64,000 nt of DNA from Thermoplasmatota archaeon (GCA_041601615.1 JBFIHX010000010.1:1-64000), one strand, 5' to 3'. Positions 45,424-55,315 are shown, numbered from the stretch's first letter. Notes: generated by a model from the sequence alone, not told the origin. Numbers and translations: made by a program.

Positions 45424-45965
45424 GCCTTCACTGGCAAGCCGTCGAGACCCGCCTGGGTCGCTTCATGGTCTTTGCACAGGACGGAAACATCGTCCACATC
45501 GGCCTGCCAGTCAACGACGAATTGACCATCCTGCAACAGGTGCACAAGGCGTACCCCGCCGAGGAAACCACCGCCAGCTCCGATGCCGTCCTCATGGAAG
45601 CCGCCAAACAGCTCGGAGAATACGCCGAGGGCTTGCGCACCGAATTCAACCTCCCATTGGCTCCCGCCGGCACCGACTTCCAAAAGAAGGTCTGGGGCGC
45701 CCTCTCGGACATTCCCTTCGGCGAAACCCGCAGCTACGGGGACGTTGCCCACGAAATCGAAAAACCGGGCGCCAGCCGTGCCGTGGGCCAAGCCAACGGA
45801 CGCAACCCAATTCCCGTCATCATTCCGTGTCACCGCGTTTTGGCCGCGGACGGCGGCATCGGTGGCTACATCGGAGACTGGGGGCAAGGCGGAGGCGTGG
45901 TGTTCAAGGAAAGGTTGTTGGAGTTGGAGAAGAAGGGGAAAATGGTGTTGGAGCAGGCTGCTTAG
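45420..45965 (+). CDS. ogt: Methylated-DNA--protein-cysteine methyltransferase
   Basis: GTDFQKKVW, IPFGETRSY, RAVG.AN..NP...IIPCHRV. Confidence 0.94.
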   Translation: MSLHWQAVETRLGRFMVFAQDGNIVHIGLPVNDELTILQQVHKAYPAEETTASSDAVLMEAAKQLGEYAEGLRTEFNLPLAPAGTDFQKKVWGALSDIPFGETRSYGDVAHEIEKPGASRAVGQANGRNPIPVIIPCHRVLAADGGIGGYIGDWGQGGGVVFKERLLELEKKGKMVLEQAA

Positions 45966-47122
45966 GCCTCGGTTTGCCTCGTAGGCCGCCCCGGCCGGCG
46001 CCCAGACGAAACCACCACGGGCTCGGCGGAGCACGGCCCAGGCGGCAGATGCAGACTCGCGTCGGTTCCTTGTCCCAATCCGGCGCTGCGCACCTTGAGA
46101 GAGCCGTTCTGAGCGCGCATCAGTCCCGATACAATGTACAATCCCAATCCAGCGCCCAGTTGCGTGAACACGTTCTGGTCGTGGGCCTTGGAAAATGGCC
46201 GGCCCAGTTGGGTAATTCGCTCGGGTGCGATGCCGCGGCCCGCATCTTGTACGTGAATCGCGGGCCCGTTTTCGTCGAGCACATGCACCCGAATGGCATC
46301 GTTCGTGTCGCTGAATCGAATCGCGTTGTCTAGCAAGTGCTCAATGCAGGACCGCATCGCGGCTTTGTCCACACACGCAGTCACAGGTTCTGTATCTACT
46401 TGGAGTGCCTGACGCGGACCGTGTTCCTTCTGCCATGCTTCGACCACATTCACCACGAGCTGGTCGAGCGGTGCCGTTTGCAGCGAAATTCCCACGGCGC
46501 TTGCCTGAACCCGTGCAGCTGCCAGCAACGACTTGTGAAAACGTTCCAATTTCTCCAAATTCGTGTTCAATTTCTCGGCCGCCTTCAACACCGCTTGGTT
46601 GCCGTCCCGCTCCGCTACGCGCTTTAGGATGGTCATTTGAAGCATCACAGGTGTCATGGGAGTGCCCATTTCGTGGGCAATGGAATTGATGAATTCGGTG
46701 CGCAATTGCTCCAATTCCAGTAAGTGTTGCACTTCTGCCTCTTGCTCCTGGGCACGTTTTTTGGCCGAGGCCATGGCAGCATCGAATCGAGTCCGCACCA
46801 GCGAAGGCACCAACAAGACATGCGTCGTTTCTCCATCGCGCTGCGCATAAGCAAGTGCGGGTCGCCTTTCGTCGTGCGCTTGCAGCTCGACCGCGACGTC
46901 TTCCGCTTGTCCTCTTGCCTGTAGTTGCGGCTCCACGGCCACCTCCCAATATGCCACCGACCCGGGCACAAACAATGCAGTCCATGGCGCCCCTATGGGA
47001 TCCCGCCCCATCCAATCCCATACGGTCTCGTTGGCCTCGAGAATCCGTCCTTGTTGCCAAGAAACCGAACCGACTCCAAATGCAGAAATCCGTTGCTCCC
47101 AAGCAAGGTCGGCCAATTTCAT
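45962..47122 (-). CDS. PAS-domain sensor histidine kinase (RsbP-like PAS)
   Basis: N-terminal PAS; H-box FINSIAHEMGTP; N-box LLDNAIRF; DAGRGI; GAGLGL. Confidence 0.85.
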   Translation of the reverse strand: MKLADLAWEQRISAFGVGSVSWQQGRILEANETVWDWMGRDPIGAPWTALFVPGSVAYWEVAVEPQLQARGQAEDVAVELQAHDERRPALAYAQRDGETTHVLLVPSLVRTRFDAAMASAKKRAQEQEAEVQHLLELEQLRTEFINSIAHEMGTPMTPVMLQMTILKRVAERDGNQAVLKAAEKLNTNLEKLERFHKSLLAAARVQASAVGISLQTAPLDQLVVNVVEAWQKEHGPRQALQVDTEPVTACVDKAAMRSCIEHLLDNAIRFSDTNDAIRVHVLDENGPAIHVQDAGRGIAPERITQLGRPFSKAHDQNVFTQLGAGLGLYIVSGLMRAQNGSLKVRSAGLGQGTDASLHLPPGPCSAEPVVVSSGRRPGRPTRQTEA

Positions 47123-47928
47123 GATGCCAGGCCTTCGATGAACCTCTGCACGTGCATTGCGGTCATCTCCGGTTCGGTCATGTGGGGGGCGTGCCCGGTG
47201 CAATCTAGGGTGATTCTCTTGGCGTGGGGAATTTGTTGCTCCAGAAATTGTCCTACACTGGGCGGCACAATGGTGTCCTGGGCAGTTTCCAGCAGGAGGC
47301 AGGGCACGGAGATGAGGGGCATGTCGGCGCGGTTGTCTGAGCGGAAGGTTACCTCGGCAAAGTGCCGGCTGATCCAGGGATCGTTTTTGCAGAACCTCGT
47401 GCGCAATTGATCCTCGGTTCCGGAGGCCTCGGGACCTGCCACCATGCCGGCCAGTTGTCCCGCCCAGCCCTGGTAGTTGTTCTCCACGGCGGCAAGCAAT
47501 TCATCAATGTCCTGCTGGGAAAATCCGCCTTCGTAGGGTGGGTGGTTGATGTAGCAGGGACTGGGGCACACCATCACGATTGCTTTGAATGCCTCCGGCC
47601 GGCGGATGCTTGCCAAGGCTACGATGGTGGCACTCACGGAGTGACCCACCGCCACCACGGGGCCGACATCAAGCGCATCGAGGATTTCGAGCAAATCGTC
47701 CACGTGCCCTGCTAAACTGGAGTGTCTGCGGGCGTCGTAGGCCGCGTAGTCGGACGAGCCCATGCCGGTCAAATCATAACGAATGGTGCGAACTTCCCCG
47801 ATTTTCTCTTCAAAGGTGTTCCACATCGCTTGGTCGCAGCCATAGCCATGGACAAGCAGCACCGGCTCGCCCGCCCCCGCAACTCGGACCGCGTTGCGCT
47901 CAAGCACCAAGGACTGGGAGAGAGCCAT
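47119..47928 (-). CDS. RsbQ/KAI2-like alpha/beta hydrolase
   Basis: RNAVRV.G.G, HGYGCDQ.MW, GHSVSA, SPCYIN...YEGGF, F.SDNR, TGH.PHM. Confidence 0.88.
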   Translation of the reverse strand: MALSQSLVLERNAVRVAGAGEPVLLVHGYGCDQAMWNTFEEKIGEVRTIRYDLTGMGSSDYAAYDARRHSSLAGHVDDLLEILDALDVGPVVAVGHSVSATIVALASIRRPEAFKAIVMVCPSPCYINHPPYEGGFSQQDIDELLAAVENNYQGWAGQLAGMVAGPEASGTEDQLRTRFCKNDPWISRHFAEVTFRSDNRADMPLISVPCLLLETAQDTIVPPSVGQFLEQQIPHAKRITLDCTGHAPHMTEPEMTAMHVQRFIEGLAS

Positions 47929-48197
47929 GCGTGATGTTCTTGCGGTGCGAAGAATAAGGGACGCGACGGGGGCGAAGGGGGCCCGAGGAAGGGGGGCGCC
48001 GTTGCTAGGGCCCGGAGATCAATGGATGCAAGCCAATCAGGCGAAACCAGCAAAATGGTCCAGAAACACTGGTCCATCCAAGGAGAACCTGCGCGACTTG
48101 GCTCAACTCGCTTGGATTTTGGACGCGGCGCATGGATTTCATCGCTGCACCTCACCCCACGGCGCCAGGTGCCCCGGCTTGCAGGGACGAGTGCGCT

Positions 48198-49454
48198 CTA
48201 CTGCGCTACAAGTCCCCGAAGCTCAACGACTTCAGCCACACGCGCTACCGCCACCATGTACGCGGCCATGCGCATGTTGCAGCGGCTCTTTTTGTGTTGG
48301 TCATACACGGCGTGGTAGGCGGCCTTCATTTTTTCGTCCAATTCGCGGTGGACCTTCTCTTCCTTCCAGTAGTATCCGTAGGTGTTCTGGACCCATTCGA
48401 AGTAGCTGACGGTGACGCCGCCGGCGTTGGCAAGGAAGTCGGGAATGACGTGGATTTTGTTCTTGTGCAGGACCGCGTCGGCGCCGGGGGTCGTGGGGCC
48501 GTTTGCGAGCTCCAAGACGATTTTGGCCTTGACCTTGTCCGCGTTTTTGCTGGTGATGGCGTTTTCGATGCCGGCGGGAATCAAGATATCCACATCGAGG
48601 GCCAGAAGCGCGTCGTTGGTGATGTTCTTGGTGCCCTTGAGGCCCTGGACGGTGCGGCTCTTGTCCTTCTCGGCAAGTGCCGCGGCAAAGTCGATGCCGA
48701 CCTTGTCGAATATGCCACCACGGCTGTCGCTGATGGCGACGACTTTGCATCCAAACATTTCGGTAACCAGGCGATGGGCGTGTTGTCCTGCGTTGCCAAA
48801 GCCTTGGATTGCGACGGTGGCGTCCTTGAGTTCGATGCCGAGCTTGGCGGCGGCTTCGAGTAGGCAGAACATGCCGCCGCGTGCCGTGGCGTCTCCGCGC
48901 CCTTGGCTGCCCCCCATGGGAATGGGCTTGCCGGTGATGAAGCCGGGCGTGTTGTAGCCTCGGATAACGCTCAATTCGTCGGTCATCCAGGCCATGATTT
49001 GCGGAGTTGTGTAGACGTCGGGGGCGGGCACGTCCTTTTCGGGGCCGACAATCTGGGCGACGGCGCGCACCCAGCCTCGGCTCAGGCGTTCCAGTTCGCC
49101 GTTGCTCATTTCTTTGGGGTTGCAAATGACCCCGCCTTTGCCGCCGCCGAGCGGAATATCGACGACGCTGGTTTTCCAGGTCATCCACGCTGCGAGCGCT
49201 TTGACCGTGTCCTCAGTTTCATCGGGGTGGAAGCGGATGCCGCCCTTGGTGGGGCCGCGTGCGTCGTTGTACTGGCAGCGGAAGCCGGTGAAGGTCTTCG
49301 TTTTGCCATTGTCCATGCGCACGGGGATGCGCACCTGAAGGAACCGCTGGGGTTCTCGAAGGTACTCGTGCATGGACGCGGAGAGTTTCATTTTCTTTGC
49401 GGCCGCGTCGAGTTGGGACTGGGCGATCTTGAACGGGTTCAGCTCTTCTGCCAT
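48198..49454 (-). CDS. gdhA: Glu/Leu/Phe/Val dehydrogenase, probably glutamate dehydrogenase
   Basis: RGPTKGGIRFHP, GGGKGG, DVPAPDV, ITGKP, QGFGNAG, ANAGGVTVSYFEWVQN. Confidence 0.93.
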   Translation of the reverse strand: MAEELNPFKIAQSQLDAAAKKMKLSASMHEYLREPQRFLQVRIPVRMDNGKTKTFTGFRCQYNDARGPTKGGIRFHPDETEDTVKALAAWMTWKTSVVDIPLGGGKGGVICNPKEMSNGELERLSRGWVRAVAQIVGPEKDVPAPDVYTTPQIMAWMTDELSVIRGYNTPGFITGKPIPMGGSQGRGDATARGGMFCLLEAAAKLGIELKDATVAIQGFGNAGQHAHRLVTEMFGCKVVAISDSRGGIFDKVGIDFAAALAEKDKSRTVQGLKGTKNITNDALLALDVDILIPAGIENAITSKNADKVKAKIVLELANGPTTPGADAVLHKNKIHVIPDFLANAGGVTVSYFEWVQNTYGYYWKEEKVHRELDEKMKAAYHAVYDQHKKSRCNMRMAAYMVAVARVAEVVELRGLVAQ

Positions 49455-49561
49455 GGGTCCACCAAGGATGGGTGCGCACGGAGGGTTCAGGTATTGAGGG
49501 GTTCGCTTGCGTCGCGGGTCAGAAACGCAACGCTCTTGGATTTGGATGCGGGTGCAAGCGC

Positions 49562-49906
49562 ATGGTAGACGATGCAGCAGCGTCCCTTGCCCAGGGACGG
49601 CCGGAACTCGGATTTTCGACGCGATACGCGCAACTTTTGGTGATGGGTGGCGCGTTCGTCGTGCTGGGCGGCTTCCTGAGCAACCTCGTGTCGGTGAGCG
49701 ACAATCCTTCGGAATCCATGCTTCACTTTGCCCAATGGTCAAGCTGGCTCGGGGCGATGACTATGTGCGCATCGCTGATTCTGGCCGGCGTGACGGGCAT
49801 CGGCGCGTCTCCGGGCCTGCGCACGGCTCTGATTCTTGGTGGAACCTACATCCTGTTGACGGTTTCCTCCAGCGTTGGATTCCTGGCCAATCTCTTCGGA
49901 TTCTAA
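49562..49906 (+). CDS. Small 3-TM membrane protein
   Basis: Three hydrophobic helices; divergent from gdhA. Confidence 0.55.
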   Translation: MVDDAAASLAQGRPELGFSTRYAQLLVMGGAFVVLGGFLSNLVSVSDNPSESMLHFAQWSSWLGAMTMCASLILAGVTGIGASPGLRTALILGGTYILLTVSSSVGFLANLFGF

Positions 49907-50081
49907 TCCCGGCGGGAGCCCCCGAACCGAATTTTCACACAAGGCGCCCGCGCCAACGTTTTCGGTCTGGCCTTCGGCTGCGCTTCAGCGCCGTCTCGGC
50001 GCATTTTCGGATTGGGGCCCAGCTTCTCGTTGGAACCCCGCGCCAAGTGAGACCTCGCGCCCGGGGGCCAGCGAGCAACCG

Positions 50082-51755
50082 TTAGGGCTCCGGAGGTACG
50101 GATGGGTCGGCAAGGTGGAGGATAATCGCCAAACCGTGCGGAGTTTGCTCGACGCGAATGTCTCCTCCGGTTCGGTGTACGATTCGGGCGGCGGCCGGCA
50201 GCGACAGTCCCATGGCATCCGCTCCAAGCGGCTCCAGCAAACTTTCTGGGTGGGCAACGGGGCCGACATTCGGCAAGAGCACCTCTACCTCTCCGGCTTC
50301 GGTGCGACGAACGCGCAAGAATGCAGCCGGGGGGTCGGTGGCGGCGGCGAACGCCACGAAATGAGCCGTAAGACGGCGCAAGTCGTTCGGCGCTCCGTCC
50401 ACGGTCAAATCGTCGGGACATTCGAGATTCATGGCATGGCCATGTCGTTTTTCATGCTCATGGATGGCCTCCTTCAAGAGAGGCCCCAGCCGCATCGTTT
50501 CGGCGATTTCTTGCGGCTCGGAGCTGGCGGTGTCTTTGGTGGCGGCCAGCAGTTCCGTGAGTTTCCAAGCGGACGATTGGGCAACGCGGACCGCTTCTTG
50601 GGTCTCGGCGTTGAGGATGCCGTGGTACCGGTTTTGCAAAATCCATGCACAGCGATCAAAAGCCCACACGGAGTCCTGGGCTTGCTTTTCGAGCGCCTCG
50701 TAGATACGGCCTTCCCGTTCAAGCAGCAAGTGCAGTTCGTTCGATCGCGTCTGCAAGCGGGAGGCAAGGTCCTCGTTGGCTTGCTGAATGTGGGCATTGC
50801 TGACTCGTAGGTCTTCGGTTCTGGAACGCACTGCGCGTTGCAGCGTGGTGGTCCAGGCTCCGGCAGCCACGAGCACCAAGGCGAGGCTGCCCACGACTGC
50901 AAGCGAAAGCGGCGAAAATAGAGGCCCTTTGGGTGTTGCTGCTGCGACGCCGAGATCGTACCCGGACCAGTATTCGAAGATGGCTGATTGTTCCCCGAGT
51001 GGGATGCTTTGGAGCCCTTTGGCGACGATGTTTGCAAGGACCGTGTCGTCTTGGGTTACGGCCCAGTTGGCGGGCGAGTAGTACAGGGGTTCTCCGAGGA
51101 TGCGAACGTTGTTGATGCTGCGTTCGCGGATGGTGTAGCCAGCCACGGGCACGTTTTCGAAGAACCCGTCAACGGTGCCGGTGGAGACCGCTTCCAGTCC
51201 GGAAAGAATGTCGGGCACGGGCACTTGCACCATGTCGGGGCGGTTTTCGGCAAGCCAAGTGGCAGCCGCGTAGTCTTGGACGACGGCGATTCGCTTGCCC
51301 GAAAGAGCATCGACAGCAACCAGGTCTGTTCGGCCCACGTTGACGTAGAACACTTCGCCCAGCGACATGTAGGGCCCGATGAAGTCCATGTACGTTTCTC
51401 GATCCTCTGTCTGGGCTAGAGAGCCTAGCATGTGCACTTCGCGTGCCTGCATCGCTTCCAGCACCCGGGTCCAATTGTCGTACAAGACGATCTCGAACTC
51501 GATGTCGAGGTTGCGGCTCATGCGGTTCAAGAAGTCCAAGTTGATGCCTTTGATTTCGCCGTCTTGTACGAACTCAAAGGGCGGGTAATCGGGGTCGGGG
51601 GCGTAGCGAATCGGGCCGTTGGCGTCGATCCAGGCGCGCTCCGTGGGCGAAAGCGGATCGACGGAATCGATGGCTCCGCTGGCCTGCATGGTTGTCCATG
51701 ATGTGCAGAGGGCGAGGGCAGTCAGGCCTATGGCTGCGACGATGCGCCCTCTCAT
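50082..51755 (-). CDS. Extracellular solute-binding (BvgS-like PBP) domain fused to a degenerate histidine kinase
   Basis: Signal peptide; LSPTERAWI...DPDYPPFEF...; TM; coiled coil; kinase-like C-terminus lacking the H-box His and N-box Asn. Confidence 0.75.
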   Translation of the reverse strand: MRGRIVAAIGLTALALCTSWTTMQASGAIDSVDPLSPTERAWIDANGPIRYAPDPDYPPFEFVQDGEIKGINLDFLNRMSRNLDIEFEIVLYDNWTRVLEAMQAREVHMLGSLAQTEDRETYMDFIGPYMSLGEVFYVNVGRTDLVAVDALSGKRIAVVQDYAAATWLAENRPDMVQVPVPDILSGLEAVSTGTVDGFFENVPVAGYTIRERSINNVRILGEPLYYSPANWAVTQDDTVLANIVAKGLQSIPLGEQSAIFEYWSGYDLGVAAATPKGPLFSPLSLAVVGSLALVLVAAGAWTTTLQRAVRSRTEDLRVSNAHIQQANEDLASRLQTRSNELHLLLEREGRIYEALEKQAQDSVWAFDRCAWILQNRYHGILNAETQEAVRVAQSSAWKLTELLAATKDTASSEPQEIAETMRLGPLLKEAIHEHEKRHGHAMNLECPDDLTVDGAPNDLRRLTAHFVAFAAATDPPAAFLRVRRTEAGEVEVLLPNVGPVAHPESLLEPLGADAMGLSLPAAARIVHRTGGDIRVEQTPHGLAIILHLADPSVPPEP

Positions 51756-51776
51756 CAGGGAATCCTCGCTCTTTTG

Positions 51777-52775
51777 CTATTTGAGGATGGGGCTGGGTCC
51801 GATTGGGGCGGTGGTGCTTGGGGCCGGCGAGGCGGCATCTTCGTTCTTTACCAGAGTTGCCGCGCAGCCCGTTTTGCGTTCCATCCAGTCAAGAATGGCG
51901 TCGGCAATGGGCAGTCCGGCCTGCACTTCGTATGGAAGAAATGTCGGTACTGGATTGGATTCCAGGCACCACCATGTGCCGGCGGGGTCGATGCGGAAGT
52001 CGATGCCGGCCAGCACCAGATGCTCGTCCCGGGCTGCTTTATGGCACAGGGCGGCCACGTCGTCGGGGACCTCCACGGGCCGGTAGTGGGCAGTCTCGTG
52101 CTCGAATCGGTAGTCCACGCCCTCGCAGTCGATGGCGCAACCGAACGTCTTGCCGTCTATGACGTGCACGCGTGCGTCCGTCCCCTCGATGCGGCGTTGT
52201 AGCAGCACGGGAACCGTCGTTCCGTCAAGGTCTGCTAGCACTTCGTCGTCCACGATACGCACGTGGCTTCTCATGCCGCTGGCGGACTTCACAACGGCCC
52301 CGTGAGGACAATTTGCCAGGAAGTCTCGTGCTGCATCGGCATCATTGGTGCACACCCACTCGGGAACGCGCATGCCAAGAGCCGCGAGCCGACCCATTTG
52401 GTATGGCTTGCTGGCGTTGGCGCGGCCGGCCGATAGAGGATTGACGACCGGGAACGCGCCGCACTCCAGGAGCGCTTCCAGGCCGGCGCGGCGTTGGACG
52501 AGCCAGAACAGTTGCCCTTGCGGGTCTAAATCCTCGTCCGTGGGCGGGTCGGGGCGCAGGCGGACGCTGGCGCCGGTCACGTCCGAGAACGGAATCCGGC
52601 GACCTTCCACTTCCAGCCAACCGGCTCCGGGGTCGTCTTCGTCAAAGCCGAAGGACCATCGCGTTCCAAGATCCTCCTCTGCAAGCACAAGGTCTTCCAG
52701 GCCGCGCTGCCGCGCCCGATGGCGCAGGTAGGTGCTTGTGAGGTCCTCGGGGTCACCCACGAATAAGATGGTCAT
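51777..52775 (-). CDS. RimK-like ATP-grasp ligase
   Basis: VVNP...NASKPYQ, VVKSASG, LLQRRIEG.D.RVHVI, AGIDF, LESNP.P. Confidence 0.85.
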   Translation of the reverse strand: MTILFVGDPEDLTSTYLRHRARQRGLEDLVLAEEDLGTRWSFGFDEDDPGAGWLEVEGRRIPFSDVTGASVRLRPDPPTDEDLDPQGQLFWLVQRRAGLEALLECGAFPVVNPLSAGRANASKPYQMGRLAALGMRVPEWVCTNDADAARDFLANCPHGAVVKSASGMRSHVRIVDDEVLADLDGTTVPVLLQRRIEGTDARVHVIDGKTFGCAIDCEGVDYRFEHETAHYRPVEVPDDVAALCHKAARDEHLVLAGIDFRIDPAGTWWCLESNPVPTFLPYEVQAGLPIADAILDWMERKTGCAATLVKNEDAASPAPSTTAPIGPSPILK

Positions 52776-53448
52776 GGATTACCTTCGCAATACGGTCTAG
52801 GTCATCGAAATGGTCCGTGTGCAAGTCTAGGATGTGGCCGTGTGTATCCTCTTCGAGGGCTCCGATGCGCACTTCGGGCAGGGCGGCACGCACGGCTTGC
52901 GCGTCTTGCAGTCGGATGGTGCGAGTGCGGCCAGACGGAACGACACGGGTTGCAAGGGCACGTCGTACGGATGCGGGTGGTCCAGCTTGTTCGCCGCCGC
53001 CGTGTAGGCGCCAGGCGCCGGTCCCCGTCGATGCCTTGCCCTTGGCGCTGCCAACGCGAGCGGACGCCATCGGGATTCCGGCGTTTCGAAGCCGTGTACG
53101 GTGGACGGAGTCGCCCCGATACCACGTTTCGGCGTCCGGGGGCCCAATCCAGAGGACGCCCGGAACCTTTGCTCCGAGCCAAAGGGCGTACAACTCGGCG
53201 GAGGCGAAGGATGCGTCGTCGGGATGGATTGCGCACGCCAGGGGTTCGGGGTTGCGGGCCAACCAGACGATGGCCGCGGCACGCAGATTCCAGAGTTGCA
53301 ACCCTTGGTCGTCCAATGTGCAGGGTTCGTCCACCAGCACGCCGGGGGTAACGAGCCGCGCGGCGTGTCCTTGGTCCCGTACCTGATCGACGAGGCGCTG
53401 AGACTCAGGTCGGAGGGCGGGGTCCACGACGAGGAGGCCACCTGGCAT
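52753..53448 (-). CDS. Hypothetical protein resembling a truncated or degenerate pre-ATP-grasp partner
   Basis: TGATG-coupled to the upstream gene and overlapping the ligase start; DASFASAELYALWLG; no recognisable E-x-N motif. Confidence 0.55.
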   Translation of the reverse strand: MPGGLLVVDPALRPESQRLVDQVRDQGHAARLVTPGVLVDEPCTLDDQGLQLWNLRAAAIVWLARNPEPLACAIHPDDASFASAELYALWLGAKVPGVLWIGPPDAETWYRGDSVHRTRLRNAGIPMASARVGSAKGKASTGTGAWRLHGGGEQAGPPASVRRALATRVVPSGRTRTIRLQDAQAVRAALPEVRIGALEEDTHGHILDLHTDHFDDLDRIAKVIHDHLIRG

Positions 53449-53984
53449 CAGCGGCTCGCGCGACCGCTCAGCTCGGCGGAAACGCGGGCGTCGATGCGGG
53501 CGCCAATGTCTTGGACGACCTTGTCGATGAAGTGTGGGTCGGCGAAGCGCTCACGAATCACGGCGTCCAAGGCGGGTGTCGCGACTTTCACCCATTCCGG
53601 GTTGGGTCCGGGAAACGGCCAGCGCTTGGGCGGATCGGAGCCCTCTGGGTTGGGGTAGGCAGAGGAACCGCCGTGATTGTACCATGGCCGCTGTTCGGGT
53701 TGGATGCGGGAGCCGTCGAAGCTGCCTGGTGGGAGTTCATACTCCACCTTTTTCTTCTCCGTAATGATGTTGATGAAATCCAGCACCGGTGTGTCGCGGT
53801 GAAATTCTGGTTCCACGTGCAGTTCATACTTCTTCTTTTCCGGAGTCACCACATGAGCAAGATTAATTTGCTTCTTGCCTAGGAGTTCAAGAAAATCTGC
53901 AGCAGATGTGCTTGCTAGAGTCGATTCGCCGTCTGAGTCTGCCTTGATTGTGGTTCTCCGGGACGCCGTCATGGGTTGGGGCAT
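53448..53984 (-). CDS. Hypothetical protein, candidate ATP-grasp substrate/precursor
   Basis: SD-like GAGG upstream; internal repeats VVTPEKKKYEL / IITEKKKVEYEL and YPNPE / GPNPE. Confidence 0.6.
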   Translation of the reverse strand: MPQPMTASRRTTIKADSDGESTLASTSAADFLELLGKKQINLAHVVTPEKKKYELHVEPEFHRDTPVLDFINIITEKKKVEYELPPGSFDGSRIQPEQRPWYNHGGSSAYPNPEGSDPPKRWPFPGPNPEWVKVATPALDAVIRERFADPHFIDKVVQDIGARIDARVSAELSGRASR

Positions 53985-54100
53985 GGAAGTTTCCTCAAGG
54001 AAACATCTTCATCCCAATCTTACGTCTTTTGGCGACGTGCGGCCGATTGGACCAAAAGTTGAGGCTCTCGGCTCGACTTGGCGCTGTTCGAGCCGGCAGA

Positions 54101-55057
54101 TCAGAGCCGCGAGAACAGGTCCGCCGCCATCAGGGGCAACAGGACGGTGGCGTCGCCTTCCACCGTTTGCCACGCGGCGTCTTCCTTGACTTTGCCCCAG
54201 CTCACGGCTTCACGCACGCGAGCCCCGGACAGGCTGCCGTCCCATTCAGGAGCGCTCGTGATGTACACCACGGTGTCGAGGCCGTCGCGGAATTGGCTCC
54301 ACCAAATGACGTGGTGTTTGCTGATGCCGCCGCCAATCATGAGGCTGCCCAGTTTGGGGGCCGAGTGGACAAGTTCGTCAAGGTCCTGCTCGTCGCGCAG
54401 AAGGTCGAAGCGGATCTTGCGGTTGTTTTGATAGGTCATCCAGACTTGGGCGCCAACGCTGCCGTCCGTGGGGCCGGGCACGAAGATGGGAATCTCGTTC
54501 TTGGCCGCCCAGTACAGGAGGCTCTCCTCGCAGTTCTCTTCCTCGCCTGCCCATTCGCCGAGTTTTCGGCAGAGGTCCTTGGTGCTCCAGTCGGTTTCTG
54601 TCTCGGCCCATTCGGCGAGGCGGGGGCGCAGTTTGTGTTCCAAGATCTCACCGTAGCTGCTGTTCGGGACAAGGACATTGCCGAGGCGATTGACTCCATG
54701 TTGGTGCAATTCACGGTCGTCGAGGTCGAAACGGCCCGCAAAGTATGGCTCCCAGAGACGCGCAAGGTCATGGTCGAGGGTGCCGCAGGTGGTGATGATG
54801 GCATCCACGAGTTTGTGCTTCACGAGGTCGCGAAGCACGCCACGGGTGCCGGTGGCCATGATGCAAGCGGGGAAACTCAGGATGACCTTCTGATCCTTAT
54901 CCACGACCATACGGTGCAGCAGGTCGCTTGCGACTGCGAGCTTCTTGGCCGTGAAGCCACCGCCATCCTTCCACATCGCCATCAATTTGTCAATGGTCGG
55001 ATTGCCCGTGACGTCGAGGTCCATAACCTCGGGAAGCTTGTCGTAGTCCATGTCCAT
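54101..55057 (-). CDS. dys: Deoxyhypusine synthase
   Basis: GGFTA, NRLGNVLVPN..Y, P...DGS.G, IGGGISKHH, DGSLSGA...EAVSWGK, GDATV.LP. Confidence 0.94.
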   Translation of the reverse strand: MDMDYDKLPEVMDLDVTGNPTIDKLMAMWKDGGGFTAKKLAVASDLLHRMVVDKDQKVILSFPACIMATGTRGVLRDLVKHKLVDAIITTCGTLDHDLARLWEPYFAGRFDLDDRELHQHGVNRLGNVLVPNSSYGEILEHKLRPRLAEWAETETDWSTKDLCRKLGEWAGEEENCEESLLYWAAKNEIPIFVPGPTDGSVGAQVWMTYQNNRKIRFDLLRDEQDLDELVHSAPKLGSLMIGGGISKHHVIWWSQFRDGLDTVVYITSAPEWDGSLSGARVREAVSWGKVKEDAAWQTVEGDATVLLPLMAADLFSRL

Positions 55058-55315
55058 GGGTGCCGCGAGTCGGGCCACGGTCTTGAGCATGGCGGGGCAG
55101 CAGCGGCGCCGCCAGAACGACTCCGAAAAGGCCCTACGGGATGATTAATGGCGATTGGCCCGCAAAAATCGCCGACAAGGATGAATATAGGAACCATTGC
55201 ACCCGAGACCTAGTTCACCATTTGCCTCTGCCCCGTTTGCATCCAACACATCCCTGTACGCGCCACCCCGTGCGGGGTTGGCCGACCCTCTTCGGAGGCG
55301 CTCGGAGGACCAACC

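Noticed and set aside
47930-48197. Small plus-strand ORFs between the hydrolase and gdhA
   Set aside because: They run antisense into gdhA and have no recognisable motif or convincing start context.
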